Below are positions 35,428-47,662 of a stretch of DNA of 64,000 nucleotides, one piece after another (the first letter of the stretch is position 1; each line of letters starts with the position of its first letter). The position numbers and the translations under genes were made by a program. The notes under the pieces are model-generated. The model made no database searches. It had not been told where the DNA came from and worked only from the letters and a program-made list of their open reading frames with translations. The stretch is taken from assembly GCA_037379345.1 (NCBI GenBank), contig CM074517.1:44748577-44812576 (forward strand). Reading direction: 5' to 3'. Source of the DNA: Perna viridis. Taxonomy: Eukaryota.

Positions 35428-36400
35428 TAAATGATGAGACCTGGATTTTGTTTCTACCTTGCCTATCATTTGAATGATGAGACCTGGATGTTGTTTCTAC
35501 CTTGCCTATCATTTGAATAATGAGACCTGGATGTTGTTTCTACCTTGCCTATCCTTTAAATGGTGAGACTGGATGTTGTTTCTACCTTGTCTATCATTTA
35601 AATGGTGAGACCTGGATGTTGTTTCTACCTTGTTTATCCTTTGAATGATGAGACCTGGATGTTGCTTCTACCTTGTCTATCCTTTGAATGATGAGACTTA
35701 GATGTTGCTTCTACCTTGTCTATCCTTTGAATGATGAGACCTGGATGTTGGTTCTACCTTGCCTATTCTTTGAACGATGAGACCTGGATGTTGGTTCTAC
35801 CTTGCCTATTCTTTGAATGATGCGACCTGGATGTTGTTTCTACCTTGCCTATCCTTTAAATGGTGAGACCTGGATGTTGTTTCTATCTTACCTATCCTTT
35901 GAATGATGAGACCTGGATGTTGTTTTTACTTTGCCTATCCTTTGAATGATGAGACCTGGATGTTGTTTCTACCTTGTCCATCCTTTGAATGGTGAGACCT
36001 GGATGTTGTTTCTACCTTGTCGATCCTTTGAATGATGAGACCTGGATGTTGTTTCTACCTTGTCGATCCTTTGAATGATGAGACCTGGATGTTGCTTCTA
36101 CCTTGTCTATCCTTTGAATGATGAGACCTGGATGTTGCTTCTACATTGCCTATTATTTGAATGATGAGACCTGGATGTTGTTTCTACCTTGTCTATCCTT
36201 TGAATGATGAGACCTGGATGTTGTTTCTACCTTGTCTATCCTTTGAATGATGAGACCTGGATGTTACTTCTACCTTGCCTATCCTTTGAATGATTAGAAT
36301 TGGCCGTCGCTTCAAACTTTCCTATTATATGAATGATGAGACTTTGATGTTGTTTCTGTCTTGCCTATTCTTGAATGATAAGACTGGGATGTCGCTTCTA
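35428..36400. repeat. 43-bp minisatellite, roughly 22 copies
   Basis: Unit GAATGATGAGACCTGGATGTTGTTTCTACCTTGCCTATCCTTT, head-to-tail with no spacers. Confidence 0.95.
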
Positions 36401-37167
36401 CTTTTCTAATCTCTGCATCTAACCTTGCTTATGTCTTCATAAAATATAACGGAACGCAGAACGTTTGTTTCCCCAGTACAGCTCTTAATACAAAGTTTTA
36501 ATGATATAATTATTTCTTAGCATGTCGTTAAATTAAATGAAAAGGATATTTTGTTCTTTTATAATGAACTTTTCACTTTTATCTTGGCAAATAATACCAC
36601 AATACAGTTTAAATTGAGTTCATTCCATAAGAAAAAATGAGATATGATAATAACAATGAACTCTTGATACAGTATTTTGGTGATAAAATTATTTCTAGGT
36701 GTGTCGTAAAAGTTAATGAAACAGTACTTTTTTGTTTTACATTGAAATATTTTACCTTTATGTTGACAAACAAACAAAACTAAAAAACAGTTTAAATTGA
36801 GTTCACTTCGTAAGAAAGAATGGGATTTGTAAATAACCTTGAACTTTTTGTTTGTTTTTTTTTTAATTATCTTTCTATATAAATTAAATTTAATCCACGT
36901 AAGTAAGATATTGTTATCTAAGTACCATATGTATATGCTCATTTCTAACTTTTCAGACGTTTTTCAGGGTTGATGACCTGAAAGATAAGTGGTCAGACAC
37001 ACTCTTTACCAGTAATAGGCAGAGAGACAGTTTCCCAGGTATGAGGGCGTTACGGGCCATAGTTAATATTTATAGAAAATTGACTTATAGAATATTGTTA
37101 ATTATTTGGCGTTTTTAAAAAACTATCCTGTACAAAAAAAAAAACAATACCAGTTGTAAATTTCGAT

Positions 37168-37211
37168 ATGCTGTACACATGTTTCAAGGAGTAACCTCAC
37201 ATCAGCAGCAT
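37168..37211 (-). ncRNA. Minimal type I hammerhead ribozyme, copy 1
   Basis: ATGCTG-CTGATGT-GAGG ttact CCTT-GAAAC atgt GTA-CAGCAT; perfect 6-bp stem I, one core substitution (A9>U). Confidence 0.75.
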
Positions 37212-37542
37212 TAAAATCAAATATGTAGGAAGATCATAATCAAAATATTACTTGTATACAAGAAGTACTCATAATCAAAACTATCGAAAGAGGAAGCCAA
37301 ATCCATCACCGAGTCTACCATATGCAATGAAAGGAATGAAGCTTCGGTGTTTTATGTATTTTAAAATTTGGAATGCTGGAAGATTTCATAAATAGGGTAG
37401 ATAAAATATATTATTCGGGGTCAGACAGGTCTGACTACTGGATTGATGAACACCCTCGGGGACCTCAGGTCCACCAGCAGTGGTATCGACCCAGTCGTTT
37501 TTCATATAAAAAATACCAGTTTTATATATTGTAAATTTCGAT

Positions 37543-37586
37543 TTGCTGTACACGTGTGTCAAGGAGTAACCTCTCATCAGCAGAAT
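37543..37586 (-). ncRNA. Minimal type I hammerhead ribozyme, copy 2
   Basis: TTCTG-CTGATGA-GAGG ttact CCTT-GACAC acgt GTA-CAGCA; GAAA>GACA substitution, palindromic ACGT loop III. Confidence 0.7.
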
Positions 37587-37925
37587 TAAAATCAAATATG
37601 TAGGAAGATTATAATCAAAATATTAGTTGTATACAAGAACTACTCATAACCAAAACTATCGAAAGAGGTAAACCCAATCAATCACCGAGAGGTTCTACCA
37701 TGTGCAATGAAAGGAATGAAGCTTCGGTGTTTTACGTATTTTAAAATTTGGAATGCGAGAAGATTTCATAAATAGGGTAGATAAAATATAATATTATTCG
37801 GGGTCAGACAGGTTTGACTACTGGATTGGTGAATACCCTCGGGGACCTCAGGTCCACCAGCAGTGGTATCGACCCAGTCGTTCTTAAATAAAAAAAATAC
37901 CAGTTTATATATTGTAAATGTCGAT

Positions 37926-37969
37926 ATGATGTACACATGTTTCAAGGAGCAACCTCTCATCAGCAGCAG
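37926..37969 (-). ncRNA. Minimal type I hammerhead ribozyme, copy 3
   Basis: TGCTG-CTGATGA-GAGG ttgct CCTT-GAAAC atgt GTA-CATCA; intact catalytic core, one stem I mismatch. Confidence 0.8.
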
Positions 37970-38149
37970 AAAGCATGATATATTCTAGTATACTACCCAT
38001 AATTTGTGAATACCACACTTTTGTCAAGCATAACCACCCTTTTTACATGAATACCACCATTTTGTCAAGGAGCCCATCCGCTCCAACTGGAGTTTGTTCT
38101 TATCATTTCCGTTCCACCCTGCACTTCTTATATTTCCGCCAAAACAAAA

Positions 38150-38440
38150 CAAAAAACAATCAGACATGATTTAAGCCCAGATATATGGTTTTCCATTGTC
38201 TCTTCTTTGGACCGTGTAGTGGCAGTATAGGTCTTAGTGAATGTTTTTATTCGTCTTCATATCATAGCAATAATTAATTGGATGTAATACTGTTTGCATA
38301 TAAAAAACAATGTTGTTTTGGGCTTTTTATGCTGGTACGACAACAAATTTGTCATGTATCGTAGACAATATTTTTGCTTTATTGGGGTCTGTGAAAACTG
38401 ATATGGCATTACACTCATTGACCTGCTTTAACTGTAACTT
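38150..38440 (-). mobile_element. Penelope-like RT remnant (counterpart of ~52820-53065 in duplication copy B)
   Basis: Shares TGTAGTGGCAGTATAGGTCTT and GGTACGACAACA...CATGTAT with 52860-53000 and 29980-30130. Confidence 0.7.
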
Positions 38441-40049
38441 AAAGTAAAAGTCTACTAATTGAAAGGCGGCTTGAAATGAATAACCTGATTGATCCGCTAT
38501 TTAGTAAGGACTACTTGATTACATACGCTAAACAAAATTAGAACCTTTCATACATTGGTTCACACTTGTTGCTGTCATTAATATCAAAGAGCAAGAAAAC
38601 CTAATGCTGTATTTTGATTTGTGGTAATTTGCTGCTGTGAAGATTCGAATATTCAACAGTATAATTGAAGCATAATTTCAAGTCAATGTTAAATTAAGTT
38701 ATGCTTACAGGACGCACTAAGAGAAATATAAATCTCACGTGCAGAGCATAATTGATCTCTAAATTTTAAATAAGAGAATCCAACACTAAAAATGCAACAA
38801 TCCTACATTATCTATTCTTTTGAGTTTATTAGTAGCATACGTTAGAACTAAGAAATCAGAGTTATTTTTATTTTTTTTTTTGCATTTTATCACAATGTCC
38901 TGTACAAGTTTTATTTAAGACTTAATTTAGTGTTATGCATTGTGTTTCCGTTTTTAAGCATTTTTGTCTTTATCTCAAAAAAATATTGTTGTGAAATTTA
39001 CGTTCATTGATTGATTGTAATTTTACGCCCATTGTCGGACAAATCATGAATTTCAGTGAGAGAGGGTTTGGTGAATCAAACAAATCCTGGGTTCTTATAG
39101 AATGACCCGATCGTTATAGTTTACAGAAGATAAAACCACCAGGAACATGATTAGCTGCATAACAGTTGGATAATTAAGATGGACATATGCATTAATGGTT
39201 TGTAGTCATAAGTAGAATTATCTTGGGCCCACAAACCGATTTAGAAAAGTAGTTACTAAACACCGTTAAGTGCATTCTTGACTGGAATACATAAAACGGT
39301 AAGGTCTTATTGGCAAAACCAAGCTATAAAGTAGATAGAATTATACCTATATTATCTCTCCGAATAATCCTTCATGGTTTGAAATCTTGTATGTAATTGG
39401 CTGATTTCTCATGTGACATTTAACCCAGGTATTACTAGTATAAAAGTCAATGGTTCACCATCATAACAGAGACGTTGATCTAATCGGCAAAAATTATGAA
39501 GGATGACATGTAACAAGCAATCCTTGTGAATTGTGGTATTGTCACTTACTTAACTAGTGTATAGTTCTGTAAGGTTAGTTTTATTTGTTTTTTCAATATT
39601 TAAAAAAATTTTTTTATGATATTCATGAAATCAGCTTCTTATCAGTAACGGAAACTTTTTTCAAATACGTTTTAGACCATTTTAGTTTAAACATAATGGT
39701 ATGTATTACTGGACAGATCTTTATTATCACTTTTAATTCCAATATTCAGAGAAAACCATTAAGCATAAAAAAATCTTTTTACCAGTTTAGAGTTTGAAAT
39801 TTAAAATATTTGAATGCATTAAAAATCTGTTAAGTCTAACAAAATGCAATTACCAAAATATTTGTGTTTATAATGAACATATGATGAATAAATCAAACAG
39901 AAGAAGCTGGAAAAATGTATGTTTTTTTCATTTTTTTATCTTTAATTTTTAAATTTAGAAATCTACATTTTCATTTATATTCAAAAGACAAAATGCAAAA
40001 CAAAACAAGTTTCTTCTTTTTCAAATGAAAACAAATAAAAAAGGATATC

Positions 40050-40260
40050 AGTGGATAGCATCTTATTGGTCTTATCTCTGAATGGATCGCCTTTTTGGGG
40101 TCTGTGGATAGCATCTTATTGGTCTTATCTCTAAATGAACCACTTGTTTTATAATTGGTTTTATCTCTGAATGGACCGCTTTTTTCTAATTGGTCTTATC
40201 TCTGAAAGGACCGCTTTTTCTAATTGGTCTTATCTCTGAATGGACCGCTTTTTTTGGTCT
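40050..40260. repeat. Short tandem amplification (~36-53 bp units)
   Basis: TTGGTCTTATCTCTGAATGGA(T/C)CGC-like unit repeated about 5 times; a single copy at the paralogous site ~59750-59800. Confidence 0.7.
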
Positions 40261-41405
40261 GGAATTAAAAATAAAACAACAATGTTTGAGGTTAAAAGAT
40301 AAAACAGCTTATTATCAAGATTAAACAGTGTTGGCAATGGCCTATTTGTGAAATAACATTAGATATAATAATAGATATGACAAATATAATTCATGGATAT
40401 CAAATATTAAAATGTGGCGTGAAAAATACATTTAAATTAAACTCGAGTTCTAGGAAAAGATTTCGGTGTGTGTTTGTGCTGACGCTTGTCAGTTTTAAGT
40501 TTGGTTTAGACCTAAATGTATCAGAATCTTTCATTTTTGTTCACTTTCAATACATCATAGCAAAAATCTAAAATCCAAAAATATAATTGAGTTTTACTAT
40601 TTTTTGTTTTCTTTTGTTGTGTTAGTTTGTTTTTTTTTTAATTTTTTTTTTGAAAATATTTAAAGAAAAGAAATGTAGAGGAGATTACTCTGCAAAACAG
40701 ACCGAAGCGTCAACAAAAAGGGGTGATACAAATATGTCAAAATAATAAAAAAAAACAAGCTTTGGGACCGCAACTGTGGTCGATTTTCGATTGTCATATG
40801 CGGCTTAAGCGACTTATCGGGCGTGGCTTGTGTGTGTGTGTAAATTATCGCCCACCTTAATCATGTAAACAAGCTCACGTAACATTCCGATGTGTATGTT
40901 TTCATTCGTTTCAGTAACATGAATGAACATCAAATTCATATTTTATAAAGATGTTAAACGTTATGTTTTAGAAAAGTTATAGAATATTCCGTACAAATCA
41001 CTTACACACATACTCAGTTGCATTTGCCAGGTGCGCCATCATATATGAAACCAAACAATAACAATCGCCATTGAATGAAACACTGTACCTGTCCATGTGT
41101 GAACACTTTGACCTTATGCAAACGACTATTGCCATATCTAATATCGATCTACGTAATTCGCCCATTCTTCATTAAAAAAACAAAGCAAAGTTTCACTAGC
41201 GACCATTGCAACTGATATAGGTAGTGTTAAGTGTTCAGCCAAATATGGACAAATATGGCTGATCTAAGGTTGCCGTAATAGGTCACCAAAATATAGTCTT
41301 CATTAACAAGTGCATTATATTATATAATATTCTATATTTATTTTTCACCACAGCAAGATAACTTTTTGTCTTATTTCTACGGATATTACCAAAAGCAGCT
41401 GAAAC

Positions 41406-43034
41406 ATGGACATGTTTACATTGAGCGTTCTCTTATTGTGCATATTAAACAAGAATATGGCATTCAAATCTACAGAAAATGACCCAATTGAAAGGTATAC
41501 AAACATTTGTGGAAATCTATTGTGTTATGGAGATGAAATATATCGGGAGAAAAACGATAGTCTTCCATGGTTTTGTGAAAGATGTTCATGTTCATCTGAT
41601 TGTATTGTTAGGAAAAATTGTTGTATTGACTATTATTTCCGAATACCAGATAGAGTATGCAAAGGTGAGGTTTTCTCTTATCCACAAGGATATGACAAAA
41701 ATACAAAGAATGACAAGGCTGTGGAAGTCTCAAAGTTTTACAGTGTAGTAGAACATTGTCCAAGTAATATATCAAATAAAGATCAAAATCGATGCGCCGT
41801 TGATTTTGGTTTAAATGAAAAGCTAACGTCACTTCCAGTTACGTCATTGAAAACGCATCTCACTTATAAAAATATTCACTGTGCAGAATGTAATAATGAC
41901 TCCGATAACTATATGGATTGGAAACTTTCTTTTAGATGTATGAAAGAAATAGATTTCAATATTGTTAATTCTATTGACGACATGATAACTGTAAGTACCA
42001 AAAACAAATGTATTATCAGTACACTTGCAAACAATAAAATTGCATTTGAAAAGTGCAAAAAACGTCGACATGTAGCGATTACATCTTGCAATACGACTGG
42101 AACATGGAAAAATGAAGTTCATGCTATTGTACAAGCATGTGAAAGCATTGACCAATCAATTGGTATGTTTCAAAACATATTTTGCTATATCTGTAATCCT
42201 CCTACAGGAAAATTAGATGTCATAGTTACTTGTCTGCCAAACTCACCTTTTTATGATAAATGTACAGATACGTTGCAGGACGAAGCAACTTATCCATATA
42301 AAAATGTATATGCATATATGAATAATATCAATGAAAGCAATGAAATGATAACAAACATTATATATAATGGGACAAATGAACTGACATTTCATGAATTCCT
42401 TGTTTTTACTCGGTCTTGTTCTGAAGGTTATGTTCTAGGAGAGTCAGAGCCGAATGCTAATCCTTGGAGACAACCATTACAAGTCATTCCATTCCAGTAC
42501 AAAATCATATGTCGAAAGTTGGAGGTATTTAGTTTGTTTTATACAGAAGAACAATTACTTCAGGAAGCTTGGGAACGAAGGTGTATGGCAATACCTCCAC
42601 CTCCAGGAATCGATTTGACATGCTACGAGAAAAGAAATCTCAACCGTAACTGTAACGTACCGTCCTACATACCGGGTCATGAGACTTTGAAGGAGGCCTG
42701 TCTTTACTTAGAAGATAAAAAGCTTTTGGCTTACAAAGGGTATTATAATGTATTCTGCTACTGGTGTGATTATCCCTATGAATTACAGTATGACCTTTGT
42801 TTTCCTTCGCCCGACAGTTTTCCCCTTTATTATGACATAGAACCGTACAGATGTGAAGATGTTTTGCCTTCAGTATTGTCAGTGGAATTAGTAGCGTGTA
42901 CTGTGTGCAGTAATTTTGGACCTATTCCTGATGCTGGATACAGACGCATGTTTTCTTTATCGTCATACGAAAGAGCCATAGAAAGTAGAGTAGATGTGCA
43001 GTGTTTGGGCAATGGGTTGTATGATGAAATAAAG
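41406..43034 (+). CDS. Class B (Methuselah/adhesion-like) GPCR, exon 1: signal peptide and Cys-rich ectodomain
   Basis: 543 open codons; signal peptide; SMB-like CERCSCSSDC...CCID; repeated AC...(Y/F)xN(I/V)FCYxC motifs; phase-0 donor AAG|GTAAGA at 43034/43035. Confidence 0.85.
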
Positions 43035-43376
43035 GTAAGAAAGTCATGATTTACTGTATATACAATAAGATCGGGAATTACAAGTCAATTACCAATATTC
43101 TTTTTCTATTTGAATATAAAAGTATAAAATTCAGAGCAAGAGAGTTTATATTGCTATCAAAACAGAAAGAAATAACCGGATGTTAATGTATTATTATATC
43201 CCGGTAAATCGAGTTATACTCGAATTTTCGTTGATATCCAATGTAATTCATGTGTAACTTGTCATTGTGTTCACCTACAGCATTTTTTCTTCTAATCAAT
43301 GAAATATTTGTTTTTGTAAAAGATGAGTATATAAACTTAAAAACAAACCTTGAAGCCATACGACCAAGATATATTT

Positions 43377-43580
43377 GATTGATTGATTGATTGTTGGGGT
43401 AAAGGCCCGAGCTGCAATATTTCAGCTATATTCAGGCAATGAACATGAAATGGATGATAAAATGAACATGAAATGATGATGATGATGATGAAATGAAAAA
43501 AAGAAGGGATGGGACACAAGGATAATAGAGTCGAAAAATTTTTAGTGCCACAAGATAAAAGGAAGAGATGATAGGGAGAT
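43377..43580 (-). mobile_element. Intronic SINE-like 3' fragment
   Basis: Reverse complement of the tail of 23486-24010, with (GATT)n. Confidence 0.75.
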
Positions 43581-44264
43581 AAATGCTTTACCGCCTGAAG
43601 TTGGTGAACTGCGATTTTAATATGGGACTTAATTTGGTGAATTCATTGTAGAAACCCATGCAAAGGGATTACAAAATCAACTTTACACAACTCGAATAAA
43701 GATCATGCAATAATGTTGACTGGTTAGGTTGAAATAAGAAAAAAAATGCTGTGGCTCCAACTTCATAAACTATTTATTATTAAAGAATTATACTTAAGTT
43801 ACATGTCATGTATACTTGTTCTGGATGTTTTCAACATACCCTTCTTTTCCGGTCATTTTGCACACTGATATAACTCATTACATTATATTATTGTTTTGAT
43901 TGAAATCCCTTCGACTTCGCCATTCTGCAATGGTCCATCTTCTGTCCAACTCTTCCAAATTTGTGATTTTGAAATTTATTCTGAATTTACTATAATTTAA
44001 AACGCCCATTTTACGCTAAATATTTCGTAGTAAAATCAACCAGTCAAGCGTAACCTTACCTTGAACCAATTACCGCATGAAAAACCGATTTTTGTGTAGA
44101 AGGAACGCGTGATATTTTTATAGGTTACTCTGTATTCTAAATATAGGAAAACAAATCCTTTTTTTCTGGTTAACAATTATTAAATAGCACATCACAGAGA
44201 AGTGGGTTTCATATAAAACAACGGCAGCGCCATGCTTGCCAGGATATTTTTTTTGTATCTAAAA

Positions 44265-44840
44265 GTGTATTTAAGGGAACCAAGGTTATACCGGTAATCA
44301 AAAGAATGTAATCCAGGAAAAAAGACCAGACATGGAAAACAGACACGCACAACAAAGAACATAGAGTAACTAAAATCATACATACAAAGTAACAAAAGCA
44401 AATGAGCAACTCGGACTCCAGTAAAAACAGGGAGCATGGACCAGGTGCACCGGTAGATTAAACGTCCTCTGCTTTTCTAGAAAAAACCCGCCGAGTGGCT
44501 CATAAAAAGTCAAGTCCGGGGTAGACAAACAAAGAAAGGGAAACTATGACACGTTGAACAAATCAGTTTTCATGGCGCAGTTGGACACACAGTAACGATC
44601 CACGAGTTTATGATGACGGCCATAAAACTTTTGTAGTGATGACTTCAATCTTGTAGCAAAATAACCCTGCTCCAGAACCCTATTTGTTAGAATTCTACCG
44701 CGATACAAAAAGTCTGCGTAGTCTAGGCAACCTCTGACCTAACGTATGCGTTGTGATATGAACACTCCATACACAGGTGCTGAAGGGATGTTGCCACAGA
44801 TGAAAGGAAAGTTGACAATTTTGAATGAAACGTCATCACA
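44265..44840 (-). mobile_element. Intronic Penelope-like (Naiad-type) 3' fragment
   Basis: Reverse complement of ~61245-61815 (IVNFPFICGNIPSAP region and 3' UTR). Confidence 0.82.
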
Positions 44841-45031
44841 TACAATCAAATACATTAATACCTATCAACATATCAGAAGAGCAGAATTTGCATCAATTAG
44901 AGAATTATCATTTATTGACATAAAAAAGTTTCTCACAATCAAAACCTTTAATTAATGATAAAATGATTTCAGAGAATTATCATTTAAATGATTCAGTACT
45001 TATTGTTATTTTCTATGTACTTTTGTTGCAG

Positions 45032-46579
45032 AAGTCGTGCAGAAACATACATTGCTATCCAGGAAAGGTGCTGCAAAATGGAGAATGCACCCCCTTGATT
45101 ATAGATTCTGTAAACCTTTGCTACAGGTATGCTGCTCATTTCAAAATCAACTTGATGGATACCAATTATTCAAAAGATGTCTCACAATTGATGAATATAT
45201 TTTTAGAGGGCATGCCCAACCATTTAGAAAACCAAATCAGTACATTATTTAGAGATAATGATAAGGAATTCTCTTATGTTATATCAAACTCTTCATGTGA
45301 CGGTGTTAATGATTACGTTACGGGCCATTATTACTTTCAGTTTTGTATTCCAACATTTGCAAAAAGGTTAGACATTGAAAAAACTCTCCTGAAAACGATT
45401 AATTCCTCATTCATCCTTAATGTTCAAAGTTTTATGCTAAATGTAGTACTAACAATGAGTGATGAGGCGTTTGATGCTCCAAATCTCATGCATGATGCAG
45501 CATTGACAGGAAAGTGTATACTTTATACACAGAACAAGCATATACAGAAAACTGTAACCTACTACCGTGTGAATGAACTTTTACTGTGCAAACAGGTAGA
45601 ATTTTATTTGAACCAGTACAGCGAGCTTCAAAATCGTTACATAAAAATATATAATGCAATGATAGGCCCGAATGATTATCTCAAGGTCAAGACCGGGGTG
45701 AGAATATGCACGGAAACATTTTTGCAACTTTTAGCATTAAGCCATCGTACGGACATTAATTTAATTCTATTTGGTATTAGAGTATTTTGTACGACGATGT
45801 CGTTAATTTGTTTACTATGCACTTTTATTACATACGTATTGTTTAAAAAGCTGCGAACATTACCTGGCGTAAACATTATGGTACTTGTACTTTGTTTAAT
45901 TTTAAATGCGGCTGTTTTCTATATACGGCTATTTGACGCCCCTAATGACACCTTTTGTATTCTTTATGGAATGTTACAACACTATTTCTTCCTGTGTTGT
46001 TTCACTTCGTTCAATATTTGCACATACCATATTTATCGAGTGTTTGCTTCAAAAAATATTATAAAGGCTGATCGAACATTCGGAACTCTATGCAAATATT
46101 TTATTTTTATTTTCTGCTTTCCAGCTCTTTTTGTAGCAGGTAACACTTTCATAACTCGTTATCTGTATGAACATAACTCAATCGGATACGGAGGTAAACA
46201 GTGCTTTATCATTCTGAAGGAAGGGGTTATTTATATGTTACTTTGTCCTATAAGCCTTATAATTTTTGTGAATATCTTTCTTTTTGTGGCTGCTTTCTGT
46301 CACATCTGTCGTACACCAAATTTTTCAAGCGACAATTCAACACGTGGAAAAAGAAATGACATCAATATTTTCATTAAACTATTAACTATTACTGGCTCTT
46401 CTTGGAGCTTTCAAATAATAGATTCATTTTTTCCTGAATCATTTTTTAGTGTTATAGTGTCAATGTGTAGTTTGCTTACAGGGGTATTCATATTTTTGTC
46501 CTATGTTTGCAATGAAAGAGTGTATAACATGTACAAGAAAACCATCTTTTGTTCAAGAGAGAAAGGGCCCGCCAACTAA
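45032..46579 (+). CDS. Class B GPCR, exon 2: remainder of ectodomain and 7TM domain
   Basis: Acceptor TTTTGTTGCAG| at 45031 is phase 0, giving ...YDEIK/KSCRNIHCYPGK; 7tm_2-type motifs LRTLPGVN, C...GMLQHYFFL, GYGGKQCFI, KLLTITGSSW, GVFIFLSYVC. Joined protein ~1058 aa. Confidence 0.88.
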   Translation, partial: KSCRNIHCYPGKVLQNGECTPLIIDSVNLCYRYAAHFKINLMDTNYSKDVSQLMNIFLEGMPNHLENQISTLFRDNDKEFSYVISNSSCDGVNDYVTGHYYFQFCIPTFAKRLDIEKTLLKTINSSFILNVQSFMLNVVLTMSDEAFDAPNLMHDAALTGKCILYTQNKHIQKTVTYYRVNELLLCKQVEFYLNQYSELQNRYIKIYNAMIGPNDYLKVKTGVRICTETFLQLLALSHRTDINLILFGIRVFCTTMSLICLLCTFITYVLFKKLRTLPGVNIMVLVLCLILNAAVFYIRLFDAPNDTFCILYGMLQHYFFLCCFTSFNICTYHIYRVFASKNIIKADRTFGTLCKYFIFIFCFPALFVAGNTFITRYLYEHNSIGYGGKQCFIILKEGVIYMLLCPISLIIFVNIFLFVAAFCHICRTPNFSSDNSTRGKRNDINIFIKLLTITGSSWSFQIIDSFFPESFFSVIVSMCSLLTGVFIFLSYVCNERVYNMYKKTIFCSREKGPAN

Positions 46580-47114
46580 TATTTATATGACTATTTCCAA
46601 TGAAACGTAAATAGCTTGATACATAGGTAAAACATCATACTTTGTTTGATAAATCAATCGTATTATGAACAAAAAAACCTAATATATTAATATTTTATGT
46701 ATTTTAGTAATATTTCAGCTATGTCATTGATAGTATTTTTTTGTAGTTTTTGTGTTTTCTTTTGTGTTTTCTTTTGTAATTGCAAAAAAAAAGAGTAGTG
46801 TTGTTGAAATTATTTGTTCTTTTTTATAGATAACTTATGATGCTGATATTTTCTGCGAGTCCTTTCCAGTGTGTGCATAAATATAAAAATAGATATGATA
46901 TGATTGCCAATGAGACATTCATCCACTTTATTAATTAAATTTCTACAGGTAACAATACTGTCTTCGGTGATGGGCAAAATAACCCATACCATTAGGCAAG
47001 CTGTAAAAGGTCCCAACATAAATAAAGTGAAACAATTCATAAAAGACAAAAAAACGACCGAATCTGTAGAAAAATAACGTGAAGCGAATAGCAATGATCA
47101 TACAAACAACGATA

Positions 47115-47662
47115 AACACTGGGCTACCAGTTCCTGGCTAGAGAATGGGTCAAAACGTTTGTGGCACGGCTAAACATGTTTGTGATCGTTTAATCCTCCC
47201 AAAACACTGGGCTACAAGTTCCTGGCTAGAGACAGGGTCAAAAAGTATGTGGCATGGTTAAACATCTTTGTGAGCGTTCAATCCTCCCCAAACACAAGGC
47301 TATAATTTCCTGGGTAGAGACAGGGACATAAAGTATGTGGCATGGTTAGACATTTTTGTGAGCGTTCAATCATTCCCACACACTTGGCTACAAGGTCATT
47401 GCTGGAGACAGGGACATAAAGTATGTGGCATGATTAAACATATTTGTGAGCGTTCAACCCTCCCCCCCCAAAAAAAAAACAAAAAAAAAAAAAAAAAAAC
47501 ACTTGGCTACAAGTTCCTGGCTAGAGACAGAGACATAAAGTATGTGGCATGGTTAAACATATTTGTGAGCGTTCAATCCCCCCCAAACACTGGGCTACAA
47601 GTTCCTGGTTAGAGACAGGATCATAAAGTATGTGGCATGGTTAAACACGTTTGTGAGCGTGG
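47115..47662. repeat. ~85-bp tandem repeat (about 6 copies), probably inside a dispersed repeat starting ~46890
   Basis: ACACTGGGCTACAAGTTCCTGGCTAGAGACAGGGACATAAAGTATGTGGCATGGTTAAACAT...GTGAGCGTTCAATC recurring. Confidence 0.88.

Larger units (their letters stand above)
37140..37970 (-). mobile_element. Non-LTR retrozyme: ~2.2 tandem monomers of 375-383 bp delimited by three hammerhead motifs
   Basis: Direct repeats with hammerhead motifs at 37168, 37543 and 37926; no protein-coding capacity evident. Confidence 0.82.
32989..40737 (+). repeat. Segmental duplication, copy A
   Basis: Collinear similarity blocks: 32989-35230 with 49721-51630, 38540-39290 with 54690-55440, and 39290-40737 with 57553-60106. 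Confidence 0.88.

Noticed and set aside
35428-36400. CRISPR-like array or hammerhead array
   Set aside because: Units are head-to-tail with no unique spacers and no cas genes. TGATGAG and GAAAC lie on opposite strands, so no hammerhead core can form.
44963-45031. Start of an independent 538-aa GPCR gene
   Set aside because: This segment is better explained as the intron 3' end (pyrimidine tract plus CAG) spliced in phase to the upstream exon.
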